64,000 nucleotides of DNA from Octopus vulgaris (Eukaryota). Under the pieces are notes generated by a model. That model worked only from the letters and a program-made list of their open reading frames with translations. It was not told where the DNA came from and searched no databases. The translations under genes were made by a program, and so were the position numbers. Where the stretch lies: NCBI GenBank assembly GCA_951406725.2, contig OX597840.1, positions 15,562,001 to 15,626,000 on the forward strand. Reading direction: 5' to 3'. Below are positions 39,978 through 54,705 of this stretch, piece after piece (the stretch's first letter is position 1; each line of letters opens with the position of its first letter).

Positions 39978-42900
39978 AGCAGCCGAACCCAGCAGGCGTC
40001 ACTACTAACTGTCTGTTCAAAGGATTATTTACCTAAATTCAGTGGAATACATCCACTGGTTTTCAAAAATAGAAATATTATTATTTGTAAGTCTCTCTAA
40101 AGGAGACTACGGCAGCAGTACAGGATATTAATAGTTATTGCCAATCCATTCTTGGGTTACTGGTCTTTCTGAAATGGTGAGTCTTGTTGAAACACGTATG
40201 GTCTTCCACTGCACTCTTCATCCACCTATGGCTCAACAGCTGTCTCTAGCAACATTAATTCTACAACTCTGTGGAAAAACTTGAGGTGGCAAGACATGAC
40301 CTTTGTTGTTATTTCTAAACCCATCAGAGTTGCTGGAAACTTAGTGTGCAACACACTGGAGACATCAGAAAGAGCTATACACAACCATCTGTCCTGTCAC
40401 TTCTCCTGTTAGACAAGTGGTTCCTAAAATAGGGCATATGTCACACCGGAGGAACCTGAAAAAATTGCAGTGAGGCATAGGATTCAAATTTTTTTTTTTT
40501 TTTTTTTTTTTGTGGGACATGGAATTGTGAAATTTATTTGTTTCTTTATCATAAACGCACTTTTACTGTTCTCATTTCTTAATTAAAAAAAAAGTCACTG
40601 ATAGATTCTTTCATATTAGACAATTCATCATCATTTAGAATCTACTTTCCATGAGTTGGATGGTTTTGGCCTGAGCTGGCAAGGAGGACAGCTGCCCCAG
40701 GTTCCAGTCTGTTTTGGCTTGGTTTCTATGGTTGGATGCCCTTCCTAATGCCAACCACTCCACACACTGTGATGAAATATTAAAAATAAAGTTGTTTTTT
40801 TTTTGCCAACCACCAGTGGGATATATGTTTTTCGGAAAGTTAGTGTGGCCTGGGGGTGGAAAACAGATCAGGAAACACTTCTCTTGGACTTTCGATCTTG
40901 TTTGAAGTCTTCTCATCAGAGAAGAACTAAGGCATGTTATGTCTGTGAGGGTCTTTAAACTTTGTTAAGTAACCACTTGGCATGGATGAAATAGTTCTTC
41001 TAAGTCTTTGCAGACATGAATTGGCCTCTCCTCAATACATACGATTTGTACCAAATGTCATCATACACCACAGTTTAAATAATCCAAAGAGAAATCTGAA
41101 GTTTTTTGGTGATGACCTTCACTGGCTTTTCAAGATTCTACAGTTCTATATTTAAGAGATGAGGAATTATGTACATTATTTACATTCACCAGATATTTGT
41201 CTGCATCTTGTTTGTTGTTAACACAAACAAGATGAGGACAAATATCCGTTGAATGTAAATAATGTACTTTTCAAGATTATCATCAATAATGTTTTAAACC
41301 TATTGGGTCATCTGTGATATGTTCTGATTTCAAATTCCGCCAAGGTCGATTGTGCCTTTCATCCTTTCAGGGTCAATAAATTAAGTACCAGTTGCATACT
41401 GAAGTCAATCTAATCGACTGGCCCCCTCCCCCCAAAATTTCAGGCCTTGTGCCAAGAGTAGAAAAGAATATCTTTTTAGGATCCAAATGCTTTATTTTTC
41501 TACTTGTTTCAGTCATCAGACAGTGGCTGTGCTGGAGCACTGCCTAAAAGGGTTTTAGTCAAAGAAATCAAACCCCAGACTTATTCTTTGTAAGCCTAAT
41601 ACTTACTCTATCAGTCTCATTTGCCAAACCACTATGTTACAGAGACACAAATACACCAGCACTGGCTGTCAAGCAATGGTGGTGGCACAAGCATTGACAC
41701 AAAGACACACACACATCAATATATACATACATACATACATATATATGTGGCACTCCGTCGGTTACGACAACACAAGTTCCAGTTGATCCGATCAATGGAA
41801 CAGCCTGCTCGTGAAATTAATGTGCAAGTGGCTGAGAACTCCACAGACACGTGTAACCTTAACATAGTTCTCAGGGAGATTCAGCATGACACAGAGTGTG
41901 ACAAGGCTGGCGCTTTGAAATACAGGTACAACAGAAACAGGAAGAAAGAGTGAGAGAAAGCTGTGGTGAAAGAATACAGCAGAGTTCACCACTACCCCCT
42001 GCTGGAGCCTCGTAGAGCTTTAGGTGTTTTCACTCAATAAACACTCACAACGCCCGGTCTGGGAATCAAAACCGTGATTCTAAGACCGCGAGTCCCCTGC
42101 CCTAACCACTGGGCCATTGCGCCTCCACACATACATACATAAATACACATATACATATATAATTACTGTGGCCTTGTGATATTTTTATTAATGTCTCATT
42201 TATATCTATATTTTGACCAACCATAATGGGCTAATATTGGTAAAATGAGACATAATTATCGACATGGCCGAAACAGCTGTAAGATCCAATTTATACTTAT
42301 ATTTATATTTACTTGTATTTATATTCTTTTTTATATATATTCTAATTATTATACAACATTACCCTTTTATGTACACTTTTATGTGCACTGATTTGTTCTG
42401 CTTTTTATATTTAACCCTACAGTCTCTTATGTGGTGGTTTAATAAAGTATGTGATTGAGTATTATCTGGTAATTGATATTTGATTTAGATGTATTTCTCC
42501 ATTTTCTTATATATATATATATATATATATAAATATATATACATACATACATATATATATATATATACATACATACATATATAGGCGTAGGAGTGGCTGT
42601 GTGGTAAGTAGCTTGCTTAGGAACCACGTGGTTCCAGGTTCAGTCCCACTGGGTGACACCTTGGGCTTGTGTCTTCTACTAAAGCTTTGGGCCGACCAAA
42701 GCCTTATGAGTGGATTTAGTAGATGGAAACTGAAAGAAGCCCATCGTGTGTATATATGTGTGTGTGTGTGTGTGTGTATGTTTGTGTGTCTGTGTTTATC
42801 CCCCAATATCGCTTGACAACCGATGCTGGTATGTTTACGTCCCCGTAACTTAGTGGTTCAGCAAAAGATACCGATAGAATAAGTACTAGGGTTACAAAGA

Positions 42901-45220
42901 ATAAGTCCTGGGATTGATTTGCTCGACTAAAGGCAATGCTCCAGCATGGCTACAGTCAAGTGACTGAAACAAGTAAAAGAGATATATATTTATATATATA
43001 TATGATGGGCTTCTTTCAGTTTCCGTCTACCAAATCCACTCACAAGGCTTTGGTCGGCCCGAGGCTATAGCAGAAGACACTTGCCCAAGGTGTCAAGGAA
43101 TGGGACTAAACCACACAGCCAAACATTCGTGCTAGAGGTTTCCAGTTCCATCTGAGCATTGTATATAGAATATCTTGCTGTTTTTAGGGAGTTGGCAGTT
43201 TCTTAATTGCTGGGTTCCACTCATATGGCAACGATGATTGCATGTTTTATTTTTTTTGTTCCTTGTGTTAACATTTTATATTGTCATAGGGGGATCTGCT
43301 AGAGATGAAAAAACCCTTTTAATTGGTTTGAAGAGAGTAATATGCTGATAATTAAGTATCCACAAATATGCCTCGCACCCTGTATGTATATCATCATCAT
43401 CATCGTTATCATCATCATCACCTACCACCACCATCATCATTTTCGTCATTGGCATCAGCATTACCATCATAACCACCATCATCATCATCATCATTATCAT
43501 GATTTTCAGCATCATCACCATCATCATCACCTCTACCATCATCATCATCATCATCATCATCATTATCATATGCACAATTGTGCATATGTATGTGTGTGAG
43601 TGTATCTCCTTATGACTGAGTTGTGTGGTAAAGAGAGATTGATAAAATGAGAACCAGGCATAAAAAGTCAGCATTTTGATGTGAAAAACCGTCAAGGTGG
43701 CTCTCTTTCTCTGTTTTCTTCAAATATAACACATGCACACTCACACACACACACACACACACACTGGCACATACGCACTCTAATAAACGCACACATACAT
43801 ATGCACACACACTCAAGCAAACACTCCCATACACTCATACATGCACACACACATACACTGAAGAAACACAAACACTGGCACACACACACACACACTCAAA
43901 CAAACACTCCTACACACTCATTCACTCACACACACACACTCCCACACACTCATGCACATGCATACACACCGACACACACACACTCATTCATTCGCTCACA
44001 TGCATACACACACACATACACTCATATACGCACACACTGAAACAAACACAAACACTGACTCACACACACACAACACTCCCGCCCACTCATTCACTCACAC
44101 ACACACATACTTGTCTTGTATTTTATATTTGATATCATTTGATGAATCGTGTTTTCAGTCAATTTTTAAAAAACAGATTTCATGTCTGTCTCTAATAAAA
44201 AAGAACTTATCTATGGAAGCCTCTGGTTGTGTGTGTAAGTATACATGTTTTTATGTGTGTAGGTGTGTATATGTAAATGTGTGTGTATGTACATATATAT
44301 ATATATATATATATTTATATACACTCACATATATGTGTGTGTGTATATATATGTATAAACACACACATACACACACACATGTATATGTATGTATATACAC
44401 ATGTATACATATTTGTATATAAGGAGGGTTATACACTGACAATAACCAACATACGCATGTATGTACATATGTATGTATATGTATATAATATATATGTGTG
44501 TATATATATATATATAAGTATGTGTGTAATTGTGCACATGTGTGTGTGTGTGTGTGTGTGTATAAATTAAATATCCCAACCATAATTCCCGACAGCACCA
44601 CACCATTATCAACATCATCATCACCATAATGATAATAATAACAACAACAATAATAATGGTAATAAAATTTGTATCGTATCAAAAGAGAATTTCTTTAGCA
44701 AATACTATTATTATCTTTATCGCAATTTGCCATTGTTGTTTTGGAGATAGAAATGTGAGTGAATGTGGATGTAAGTGTGTATGTTTTGAAGTTCTATCTT
44801 TAAACAACATTTATATGAGTATATATATATGTATGTATGACTATATGTATGCATATATGTATATATGTACTATGTTTGTATGAGTGTATGTATGAGTGTA
44901 TGTATGTGTGCATGTATGTATGAATGTATGTGTGTGTGTATGTATGGATGTGTATATGTATACACATATACAAACACGTTTTATATATCTATATGTGTGG
45001 GTATCTGTGAAAGAGTTTGAGTACATGTATCTCCATATACATCTATAACCCTGCATACTTACACACATAGATGTCTGTGCATGTACATTCATACATATAT
45101 ACATATATACACACACATGCATAGGCAAATATATATGTATACATACACACACCTATATATGTATGCATATATACATGCATATGTATTTATGCACACACAC
45201 ACATATATATATATTTATAC

Positions 45221-45320
45221 ATTTTGAAATATTTTAACTGATGAAGATATTACGTAATGGATGCATTTCTTACTATATGCTACACACACCCGAAACATAT
45301 GTATTAAATAATTTCAAAAT
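45221..45320 (+). ncRNA. Hammerhead-like motif with decayed stem II
   Basis: ATTTTGAAATATTTTAA CTGATGA ...(weak stem II)... GAA AC-atat-GT A TTAAATAATTTCAAAAT. Confidence 0.55.
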
Positions 45321-45929
45321 ACCACTATTTGGTTTGATTTCTACCACTGCTCCAGGCTGACCAGTGTCTTCTCAGTAATTCTTTAGCAGACAGTAACTGT
45401 GCAAAACCTCATAATATATACATATACTCTGTGTGTATCTATGTGTATGTTGGACTACTGTCCGTGCAACATCTATATTCCTTCCGGTGCTTGTTAAATC
45501 TTATGTCCCTGCCATAAGGCTTTGCTTCCACACACGCCAGCTTAATTTAATTTGTCCTTAGTCGAAAGACACCTGTTGTTATGTCCTGTTATTTGTATCT
45601 GTGTAACATTTCTCTGGGGTTTTTTTTCGTCCTTTTATACATTGTACATACTCTGCTTTCTTCCAAGGAATGTAATGCTCTTAGCTTATTCTTTCCTTGG
45701 GGCTGGCCAGATTGGAGCAATCTTGAGTATAACCAGCCAAAATTGCAAAGATATTCTGGAACTTGACTGAGAATAGAAAACTCAGAATGATCCGTCCTTG
45801 CTTTCCTTGTATCGTTTGTCAGGATATTTTGTTGTCCCTTTTTGTTTCATTTAACTGTCTGGATGTTTTGTGTTTTCTTGTCCCATTTTTGTATTTTTTA
45901 TATATAAAATATAGCGTACATACACCTTC

Positions 45930-45972
<43 letters not shown>

Positions 45973-46232
45973 GAATACATCCGGTCATGAAGGACTTAGC
46001 CCAATGTATGACTCATCAGATTCTAATGGTTAAGAACATGTAGTTCTTCAAACAAAAGTAGAAATCCGTTATGGTTAGTTATTTAGTATGTAAACAGAGA
46101 ATAAGGAATCCAAGAGGATGGATTATCACCCTTAAACCAGTCCATGTGGGCCAAAAAGGGGAACGGGAGACTGCCCTTAGATTGCTTTTAGCTAGTAAGG
46201 ACATTTTTGGATATATGTATATATATATATAT

Positions 46233-46925
46233 ATATTGTTGCTATTATGTCAAAGTGTCGTATGTCCAAATTTGGCCAAATGCGTCCTTTTGAATGTTTA
46301 GTTTTGCATGCAATAACCGCTTCTTTTGGTTAAACTATTGTATATCCAGCTTCTTTAGATGCCAAGATATCAAGTATTGTCAATGTGTAGTACAACAGTT
46401 TTGCTATGGAATGGTGAAACTATTTTATCATTTTCTGGAAAAGTAATATTTTGGACCTATGACACTTTTGAATAACAGCAATGATATATACATACTTATT
46501 TATATATATGTATATATTCATATAAATATCATTGCTATTATGTTAAACTGGCACACGTCCAAATTTGGCTAAATGCATTTTTTTCAATATTCAATTTTGT
46601 TTGCGATAGCCAGTTCTTTTGGTCAAACTATCGTATCTCCAGCTGCTTCAGATGCCAAGTTATGAAAAATTGTCAAAGTGTAGTACAATGACTTAGCATT
46701 TTTCAAAAGTATAGTAAGTCCCACATACAACAGCTTTGCAAGAATATTTCTGCCTGAAAATATCATACAGGCATGGAGTTACAATTTTATGCCCCCAACA
46801 AAGTATTACTGTTAAGCTGTATCTGTTGCTAATGTAAAAAGAAATGGAAGGGTGAAATTATTTTTATGTTTTCTGAAAAAGCAGCGTTTTGGACTTAAGA
46901 CATGTTTGCATAATAGCAACAATAT
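46233..46925. mobile_element. Two adjacent related MITE-like copies (~46233-46487 and ~46526-46925)
   Basis: Ends ATTGTTGCTATTATG... / ...CATAATAGCAACAAT in a TA-repeat context. Both copies share an internal TCCAAATTTGGC...AGATGCCAAG sequence. Confidence 0.55.
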
Positions 46926-49900
46926 ATATGTATATATATATATATATATATATACAAGAAGAAAATGGATGTAAATAACAAGGAGAAACTTGTCGTTTTA
47001 GCTGGTATACTTTTAATTTAATCAATTAACAAAGAAGAAGATGGCATTATGTATGTGTGTGTGTGTGTCTTCTACTATAACCTCGGGCCAACCAAAACCT
47101 TGTGAGTGGATTTGATAGAAACTGAAAGAAGCCCATCGTATATATGTATATATGTGTATGTTAACCACCATTATCAATTGGTAGAAGCGTATATTGGTAC
47201 CTGCTTCGATTATGTATCCCCATCAGCCCAAAAATTTTGGAAACTAGACTAATATATATGTATATATACAGACACAGCTGTGTAGTAAGAAGCTTGCTCC
47301 CCAACCACATGGTTTCAGGTTCAGTCCCACTGTGTGGCACCTTGGCAAGTGTTTTTTTATTATAGCCTCAGACTGACCAAAGCCTTGTGAGTGGATTTGG
47401 TTGATGGAAACTGAAAGAAGCCTGTCATATATATGTGTGTGTTTGTGTTTGTTCCCCACCATTGTTTGACAACCAGTTTTGGTCTCTTTGTGTCCCTGTA
47501 ACTTAGCAGTTTGGCAAAAGAGTTGATTAAAATATGGACAAGTCTTTATAAACTGATAAGTACGGGGGGTGGGCGAATTCATTTGAACTAAAATTCCTCA
47601 AGGTGGTGCCGCAGCATGGCCACAATCAAATAACTAAAACAAATAAGAGATAAAAATAAAATAAAAAGATATATATAGGTGCAGGCTTGGCTGGGTAGTA
47701 AGAAGCTTCCTTCCCACCACATGGTTCCAGGTTCAGTCCCACTGCATGGCATCTTGGCAAGTGTCTTCTACTATAGTTCAACCAAAGCCTTGTCAGAGGA
47801 TTTGGTAAACGGAAACTGAAAGAAGCCTATCATATATATACACATATATATATTATATGTATGTGTTTGTGTGTGTCTATGTTTGTCCCCCACCAACATC
47901 GCTTGACAACTGATGTCAGTGTATTTACATCCCCATAACTTAGAAGTTCAGCAAAAGAGACTGATAGAATAAGTACTAGGCTTACAAAGAATAAGTACTG
48001 GGGTTAATTTTTTTTTTTTTTTGCAACTAAAGGCAGTGCTCCAGCATGGCCACATTCAAATGACTGAAACAAGTAAAAGAATACCCACCCACACACACAT
48101 ATATATATACATACACATATATACATATACACACATGTTCATGAAGTAAAACAAAAAACAAGCAAAAATTTTTTAAATAATTACAAAATTACAAAATTGT
48201 AAAATAGAAATAAAGTAAAAATACTTTCAAAAAAAAGATGTTGAGGCAATAGAAAAAATAAAAGAACAAAAATGAAACCAGATGAAGTGACCGATGATAA
48301 GAAAGAAATGTGGAGAGATGGAGGAGGGAAGCTGCACAGTCGGGGCCCCAATGAAACTAATAAAAATCTCAATATAACTATAGCAAAAGGAAAATGTTCA
48401 GCAAGTGAAGAGGAGGTTGATGTGTGAGAGAGGCTGTTAATGAGTGGAAGTAGGAAGAGGAGGTGTAGAGGAGAGCAACATTAAAGTTAGATATCGTGCT
48501 GGAGGACCATCATCTCGCAGATATTGTTTGGGTGGGTGTTGATGTCTTTTTATAGATTTGTGATGGGCAGAAGCGGGTGGATTTGGTTTGTTTTGGGAGT
48601 GGGTTTACTTTTTTTTGACCGGTTCTGCCAAGTTTTTTTTACAAGTGCAGCAGTGGTGGTGCTGGTGCTGGTGGCTGTGGTGACTAGCGATGTGATAGTG
48701 AGGTGGTAATAGTGGCCCTGGTGATGGGTGTAGCATCAGCAGTGGTGGTGGTGGTGGTGGTGGTAGTAGTGGTGGTGATGGCGGCAGCGGTGGTGGTGAA
48801 GAAGTTATGGCAATGTTGATGTACTGGTATTATATATGGTGGTGGTAGTTGTGGAGTTGGTGTCTGCAGTGGTGGTTGTGATGATACCAGTAGTGGTAGT
48901 GGTGGTAGTGGTAGTAGTGATGGTGGGGGTGATGATGATGATGGTGATGTGGGTTGTTTTTTAAGTTTATTATTCTTTTTGCATTATTTTCTCAGGACAT
49001 AAAATACCAAAATAATTGTTTCTAATTTAGGAACAATGCTTTCAGGGGTTTTTAAGGGGAGGGGTTTATTAGTACCATCAATGCCCCTCTTCCCCACTCC
49101 CACCATACAAGAAGGATGAAAGACAAAGTTGGCCTCAGCAGAGTTCGAACTCAGAACCCAATGAACCAGTAGAAATATCACAGGACATTTTTCCCTGATG
49201 CTCTGATGATTCAACCACATTTGGAGACAGAAATTCTCAAATTTGAGGGGGAAGGTAGAGTTGATGCTACTGATCCCTGAGTCTAATTTCCAGGCCAGGT
49301 GTGTGGGGCATATTTTGGAAATTGGGTGTATGTATGCACTTGTGTGCACATGTGTACATATGTACGTGTGCACATGTGTACATGTGTGTGTGTGTGTGTG
49401 TTCCACATAAAATATGTTTTACATATTTTATAAGTTATATGGCTTGGTGGTTGAAGTGCTGAACACGTGGTCATTAACATATGGTTTCAATTCCCAGAAC
49501 AAGCAAACAACATATTAAGCCCTTAAGCAAAGTACTACTCTTCATGCAGCAGCTGGGGAGTTTAGCTCAGTGAAAGACCGGTGACCTATCCCAGAGAGAG
49601 CCCTGTGCTCGCAGTTATTTAAGTCCACCCAACACCAACACCCTTCACTTCTAATTTGTTGCAACACCCAGACCCCTACACACATGGACCAATTTTCCTA
49701 ATCCTTCTGCCTTCACGCAGCTTCAATCCCCAGTAATTCCATCTCCCACCCATGTACCCACAACTTACTGACCCACAAACATCATTCTCACCGGTCTTGG
49801 AGCATTTACAAGAAATCAAGGCTACTGCTCTTCATTAAAAATTCTCCAAGAAACAATTCCATGTGTGAGAAACCGAGGGAACCTACATATGGTCATTTGA

Positions 49901-50244
49901 TCAGTCAACCCCCATCAAAGAACCCAATCCCCCCTATTTGCCATCATGAAAACAAAAATAGCTATTGGATGTTATTGACATTTTCCTTAATATTCAATCA
50001 TTGCCAACAAAGGCTGGATGAAAGCCTCTGCATCTCATTTCTCTACATTGGTTGTAGGCCCCACTGTACATATTAGTTAATGACAGCTTAGATACTGTGG
50101 CCTCTATGGTCAACCTGGAAGATCAAGCTCACAATATGTGAAAGATTATATGGGATGGCCATAAGTGGAATCTGGAACACTTTTCATTACAGGTCTACTG
50201 AACCATGGCTGCTCTGGAGATTAAACAACAGCCACTACATATTA

Positions 50245-50962
50245 GAGTGGACACTTTGGTCCACATCTACTCACTGGAGTGGACAGGTTGGTTTACATCT
50301 ATTCAGTGGATTGGTTAGTGTGATCCAAATCTACACATTGGAGTGGACAGTTTGATCTACACACTGGAGTGGACAGTTTGATCCACATCTACACATTGGA
50401 GTGGACTGTTTGATCCACATCTATACGCTACAGTGGACAGGTTGATCCAAATCTACACATTGGAGTGGACAGTTTGATCCACATTTACACATTGGAGTGG
50501 ACTGTTTGATCCACATCTACACATTGGAGTGGACAGTTTGATCCACATCTACACATTGGAGTGGACAGTTTGATCCACATCTACACATTGGAGTGGACAG
50601 TTTGATCCACATCTACACATTGGAGTGGACTGTTTGATCCACATCTACACATTGGAGTGGACAGTTTGATCCACATCTATACATTGGAGTGGACAGTTTG
50701 ATCCACATCTACACACTACAGTGGACAGGTTGATCCACATCTACACATTGGAGTGGACAGTTTGATCCACATCTACACATTGGAGTGGACAGTTTGATCC
50801 ACATCTATACATTGGAGTGGACAGTTTGATCCACATCTACACATTGGAGTGGACAGTTTGATCCACATCTACACACTAGAGTGGACTGTTTGGTCCAAAT
50901 CTACACACTGGAGTAAGCCCTTTGGTTCACATCTACACACTGGGGTGGGCAGTTCAGTCCAC
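50245..50962. repeat. 32-bp minisatellite, ~22 units
   Basis: Unit GGAGTGGACAGTTTGATCCACATCTACACATT; homogeneous centre, decayed edges. Confidence 0.95.
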
Positions 50963-51416
50963 TATATTATAAAACAATAAAGACCAAAGAGCCAAAAAGA
51001 AGCTTGTTTTGATTATAAAGAAAAATAGTAAAAAAACATGATTGGTTTGGTTCAAAATCAGACAGACAGACAGAGTGTGAGATCATAGAATTTACTGAAG
51101 AGAATGGACAACAAGTTGTAAAAGAGTCCGATTCTCAAGACATGGTAATTGTGAAATGTCAAAATGAAGAAGTAGACTCATTGGTGCTGACGAGAGTTGG
51201 GTTAAGAACGTTTAATTAACTTTCAAAATACCTCTTATCATGAACCACCATTTTATACTATTGCCTCTCCCTCCACCCACGTCTCTCTCTCTTCCTCTCT
51301 CTCCCTCTCTCTCCCTCTCTCTTTTTCTCTCTCTGACCTTTGACATTTCAATAACTCTTAATGAGCTTTAAGAATTGTTTCTGTCTGTCTCTTTCATTCT
51401 TTCTCTCTCCTCTGTT

Positions 51417-51467
<51 letters not shown>

Positions 51468-51914
51468 CACTTCCTAAATTGATCTAGCTATCTCCCTCTC
51501 ACAAACCCTTCCTTGCCTCATCTACTCTCATTCACCCACACACACATACACACACCCTCTCTACATCATTTTTCTCTCCACCCCTCTCTACCCCGAACCA
51601 CTCACATCACTTATTCCCATTATTGTTAAGTACAGATATTGAACACCATCCATCTTGTCTCTCAGTTACACAAGAGTCAGTAGATTCCCTGTTGGACATG
51701 TGTAGTCCCTACTTTAAATAATATTAGGAAGTTTATCAAACCATGGCTGTATGGTAAGAAGCTTGTTTCCCAACCACATGTTTCTGGGTTCAATCCCACT
51801 GTGTGGCACCATGAGCAAGTGTCTTGGGGAAATTTCAAACCTGGGTTCTCATTCCTTAAGGTATTTTTCGATGTTGTTTTTATTATTATTATTATTATTA
51901 TGATTATTATTAAT

Positions 51915-51945
<31 letters not shown>

Positions 51946-51947
<2 letters not shown>

Positions 51948-52492
51948 GAGTGAGAGAGCAGTGCATGCCATCAAAGTGACACTGGGGTAAAATATACAAA
52001 TCCCAGTATACCCATCATGACTAACCATCTGAGAAGGGTACACCAAGCACATGCATCACAACCATATGTGCGCGACATGGTGATATATCAAGATAAACAG
52101 AGCATGACCTTGCAGGTGGGGCTCAGAATTTTTTTCAGCTCGAGTAACCCATCCCGCTCAAAAGGTCCCTGTATAAGGATTGTTTAAAGATGTTGAATGA
52201 ACCACCCATGTTTCCAAAGGTGAATTATCCAAACCCCAAAGAATTCCTCTCAACATACGGCTATGATGCTCCCCCCACTACTTCTACTTGCGGTCAGAGA
52301 TGCATATATCATCAGCCACTAAGGGACATGCTCAACTGGTTAAGGTCAAACAGCTGACAAGCAAATCTGTGGTATTGAGCAGAATATTTGCTGTAGCCCA
52401 TCTTTTATACCAAGACAAAACAATGTACATGATAACACTTCCAATCAGTTAAGATCAGAAGCCATGAGAGCCACTGTGTACTGCATCAGGGC

Positions 52493-52495
<3 letters not shown>
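51946..52495 (-). mobile_element. Non-autonomous (TAA)n-associated element; relatives at ~23752-24138, ~36460-36870 and ~63784-64000
   Basis: Shared TGAGTGAGAGAGCAGTGCATGCCATCAAAGTGACACTGGGG... body abutting (TTA)n tracts. Its other end is shared with the RLE element at 35198-35450. Confidence 0.7.
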
Positions 52496-52527
<32 letters not shown>

Positions 52528-52671
52528 TCACTGCCTGAAATTGAACTCGGATTCTTGGACTTAGTAGCCTGCACTCTTAACCATTACGCTATATGCCCGA
52601 ATAATAATAATAATAATGATAACATCGAAAAATACCTTAGGAATGAGAACCCAGGTTCAAAATTTCCCCAA

Positions 52672-52717
52672 GACACCTGAAGAAGGCTGGAGAGTATATC
52701 AGGCGAAACGTTGTGTT
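52672..52717 (+). ncRNA. Hammerhead-like motif with ultra-short stem III
   Basis: GACAC CTGAAGA AGGCTGG-agagtata-TCAGGC GAAACGTT GTGTT. Confidence 0.5.
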
Positions 52718-53194
52718 AACAACAAACAAGATGACAAGCTGGCAGAATCATTAGCACGCCAGTCAAAATGCTTAGCAGTATTTCTTCTGTCTTTACGTTC
52801 TGGGTTCAAATTCTGCCAAAGTTGACTTTCATCCCTTTCATCCTTTTGGGGTTGATAAATTAAGTACCTGTCATGTGCTGGAGTCGATGTGATTGATTGT
52901 CCCCATCCTCACAAAAATCCAAGCCTTGTGTTTATTGTAGAAGGGATCATTATTATTATTATTATTCATATTCTTAAAGGTGGCAAACTGGCAGAATCGT
53001 TAGCACGTCAGGCAAAATTCTTAGTGGTGTCTCGTTTGTCTCTATGTTCTGAGTTAAAATACTGCTAAGGCCGACTTTATCTTTCATCCTTTCACAGTCA
53101 ATGAAATGAGTACCAGTTGTGTACTGGGTCGATCTAATCAATTTACTCTCTCTACCTCTCCAAACTTGCTGGCCTTGTGCCAAAGTTTAAGACC

Positions 53195-53780
<586 letters not shown>

Positions 53781-54341
53781 AACACTGATTCAACATTCTT
53801 TCATTAGTGTTGTTTATTTACTGATTTGCTGTTGCTTCAGTTTGGTTTTTAAGTTGGTTGCCAGGTGATGGGGATGGGATCTTACAAAAGGACAAAACTA
53901 GAAATGAGAAAGAAAAATGACAAGGGAGAGAGATAGATAGATTGATAAAGAAGGAAAGAGAGAGAGAGAGGAAAAGAGAGGGAGATGTAGAAAGAAAATG
54001 AGGAAGGAAAGAAGGAAGAAAGAAAATGTAAGACATGCTCACACAGACACACACACTGTAACAACTACAAATATACACATGTACAAACACACACGTACAA
54101 AGACACACACACCATAACAACTACAACAGCAACCGACACTGCTACAATAGATTCATATTATTTCCTTCACACACACACACATACTCATGCACAAACACAC
54201 ATACAAACACAAACACATGCACACACTTACACAGACACACACACAAACAACATAACAACAATATAAACCCACAATAATTCCACAATATTATTTAGTGAAG
54301 AATTTACAATTCCCTTTCTTCTTTCTCTTATTTTCCCTTTG

Positions 54342-54705
54342 TTATTACCTCCGCCTTAGCAAAGACAGAGGTATTGTTTTTAGTTGTATTTGTTTGTTTG
54401 TCCATGGACAAGATATCTCAAGAACCGCTGCATGGATTCTGATGAAACTATCAGAGATGTTTGGCCTCATGACTGGCACAAACTGATTAGATTTTGGGAT
54501 TGATCTGATACTGGAAAAGGATTTTGGATTATTTTTCTTGTTTTTTACTTAATTTTTGAGAGCAGTCGGGTACATTTTTAGTATTCTTGTTAGTGAGTGC
54601 AGCCAGGTTTATTTCAGATTTTCTCATTTTAAGAATCATCTCTGGCTAATCTTTGAGAGGACGTTGGTGTTGCCTTGGCAGAGGTTTGTGCTCTCTGAGT
54701 TCTTT
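54342..54705 (+). mobile_element. HINE / non-autonomous Helentron-like element
   Basis: TTATTACCTCCGCC start, (GTTT)n tract, subterminal inverted repeat TTGGCAGAGGT and a short 3' stem-like tail, inserted in T-rich DNA. Confidence 0.6.

Noticed and set aside
45972-46025. Minus-strand AGAAT CTGATGA GTCAT...ATGAC...ATTCT
   Set aside because: Stems I and II are present but the GAAA core is missing; probable relic, not counted as a ribozyme.
50245-50962. CRISPR-like appearance
   Set aside because: Contiguous tandem units without unique spacers, in a eukaryotic context.
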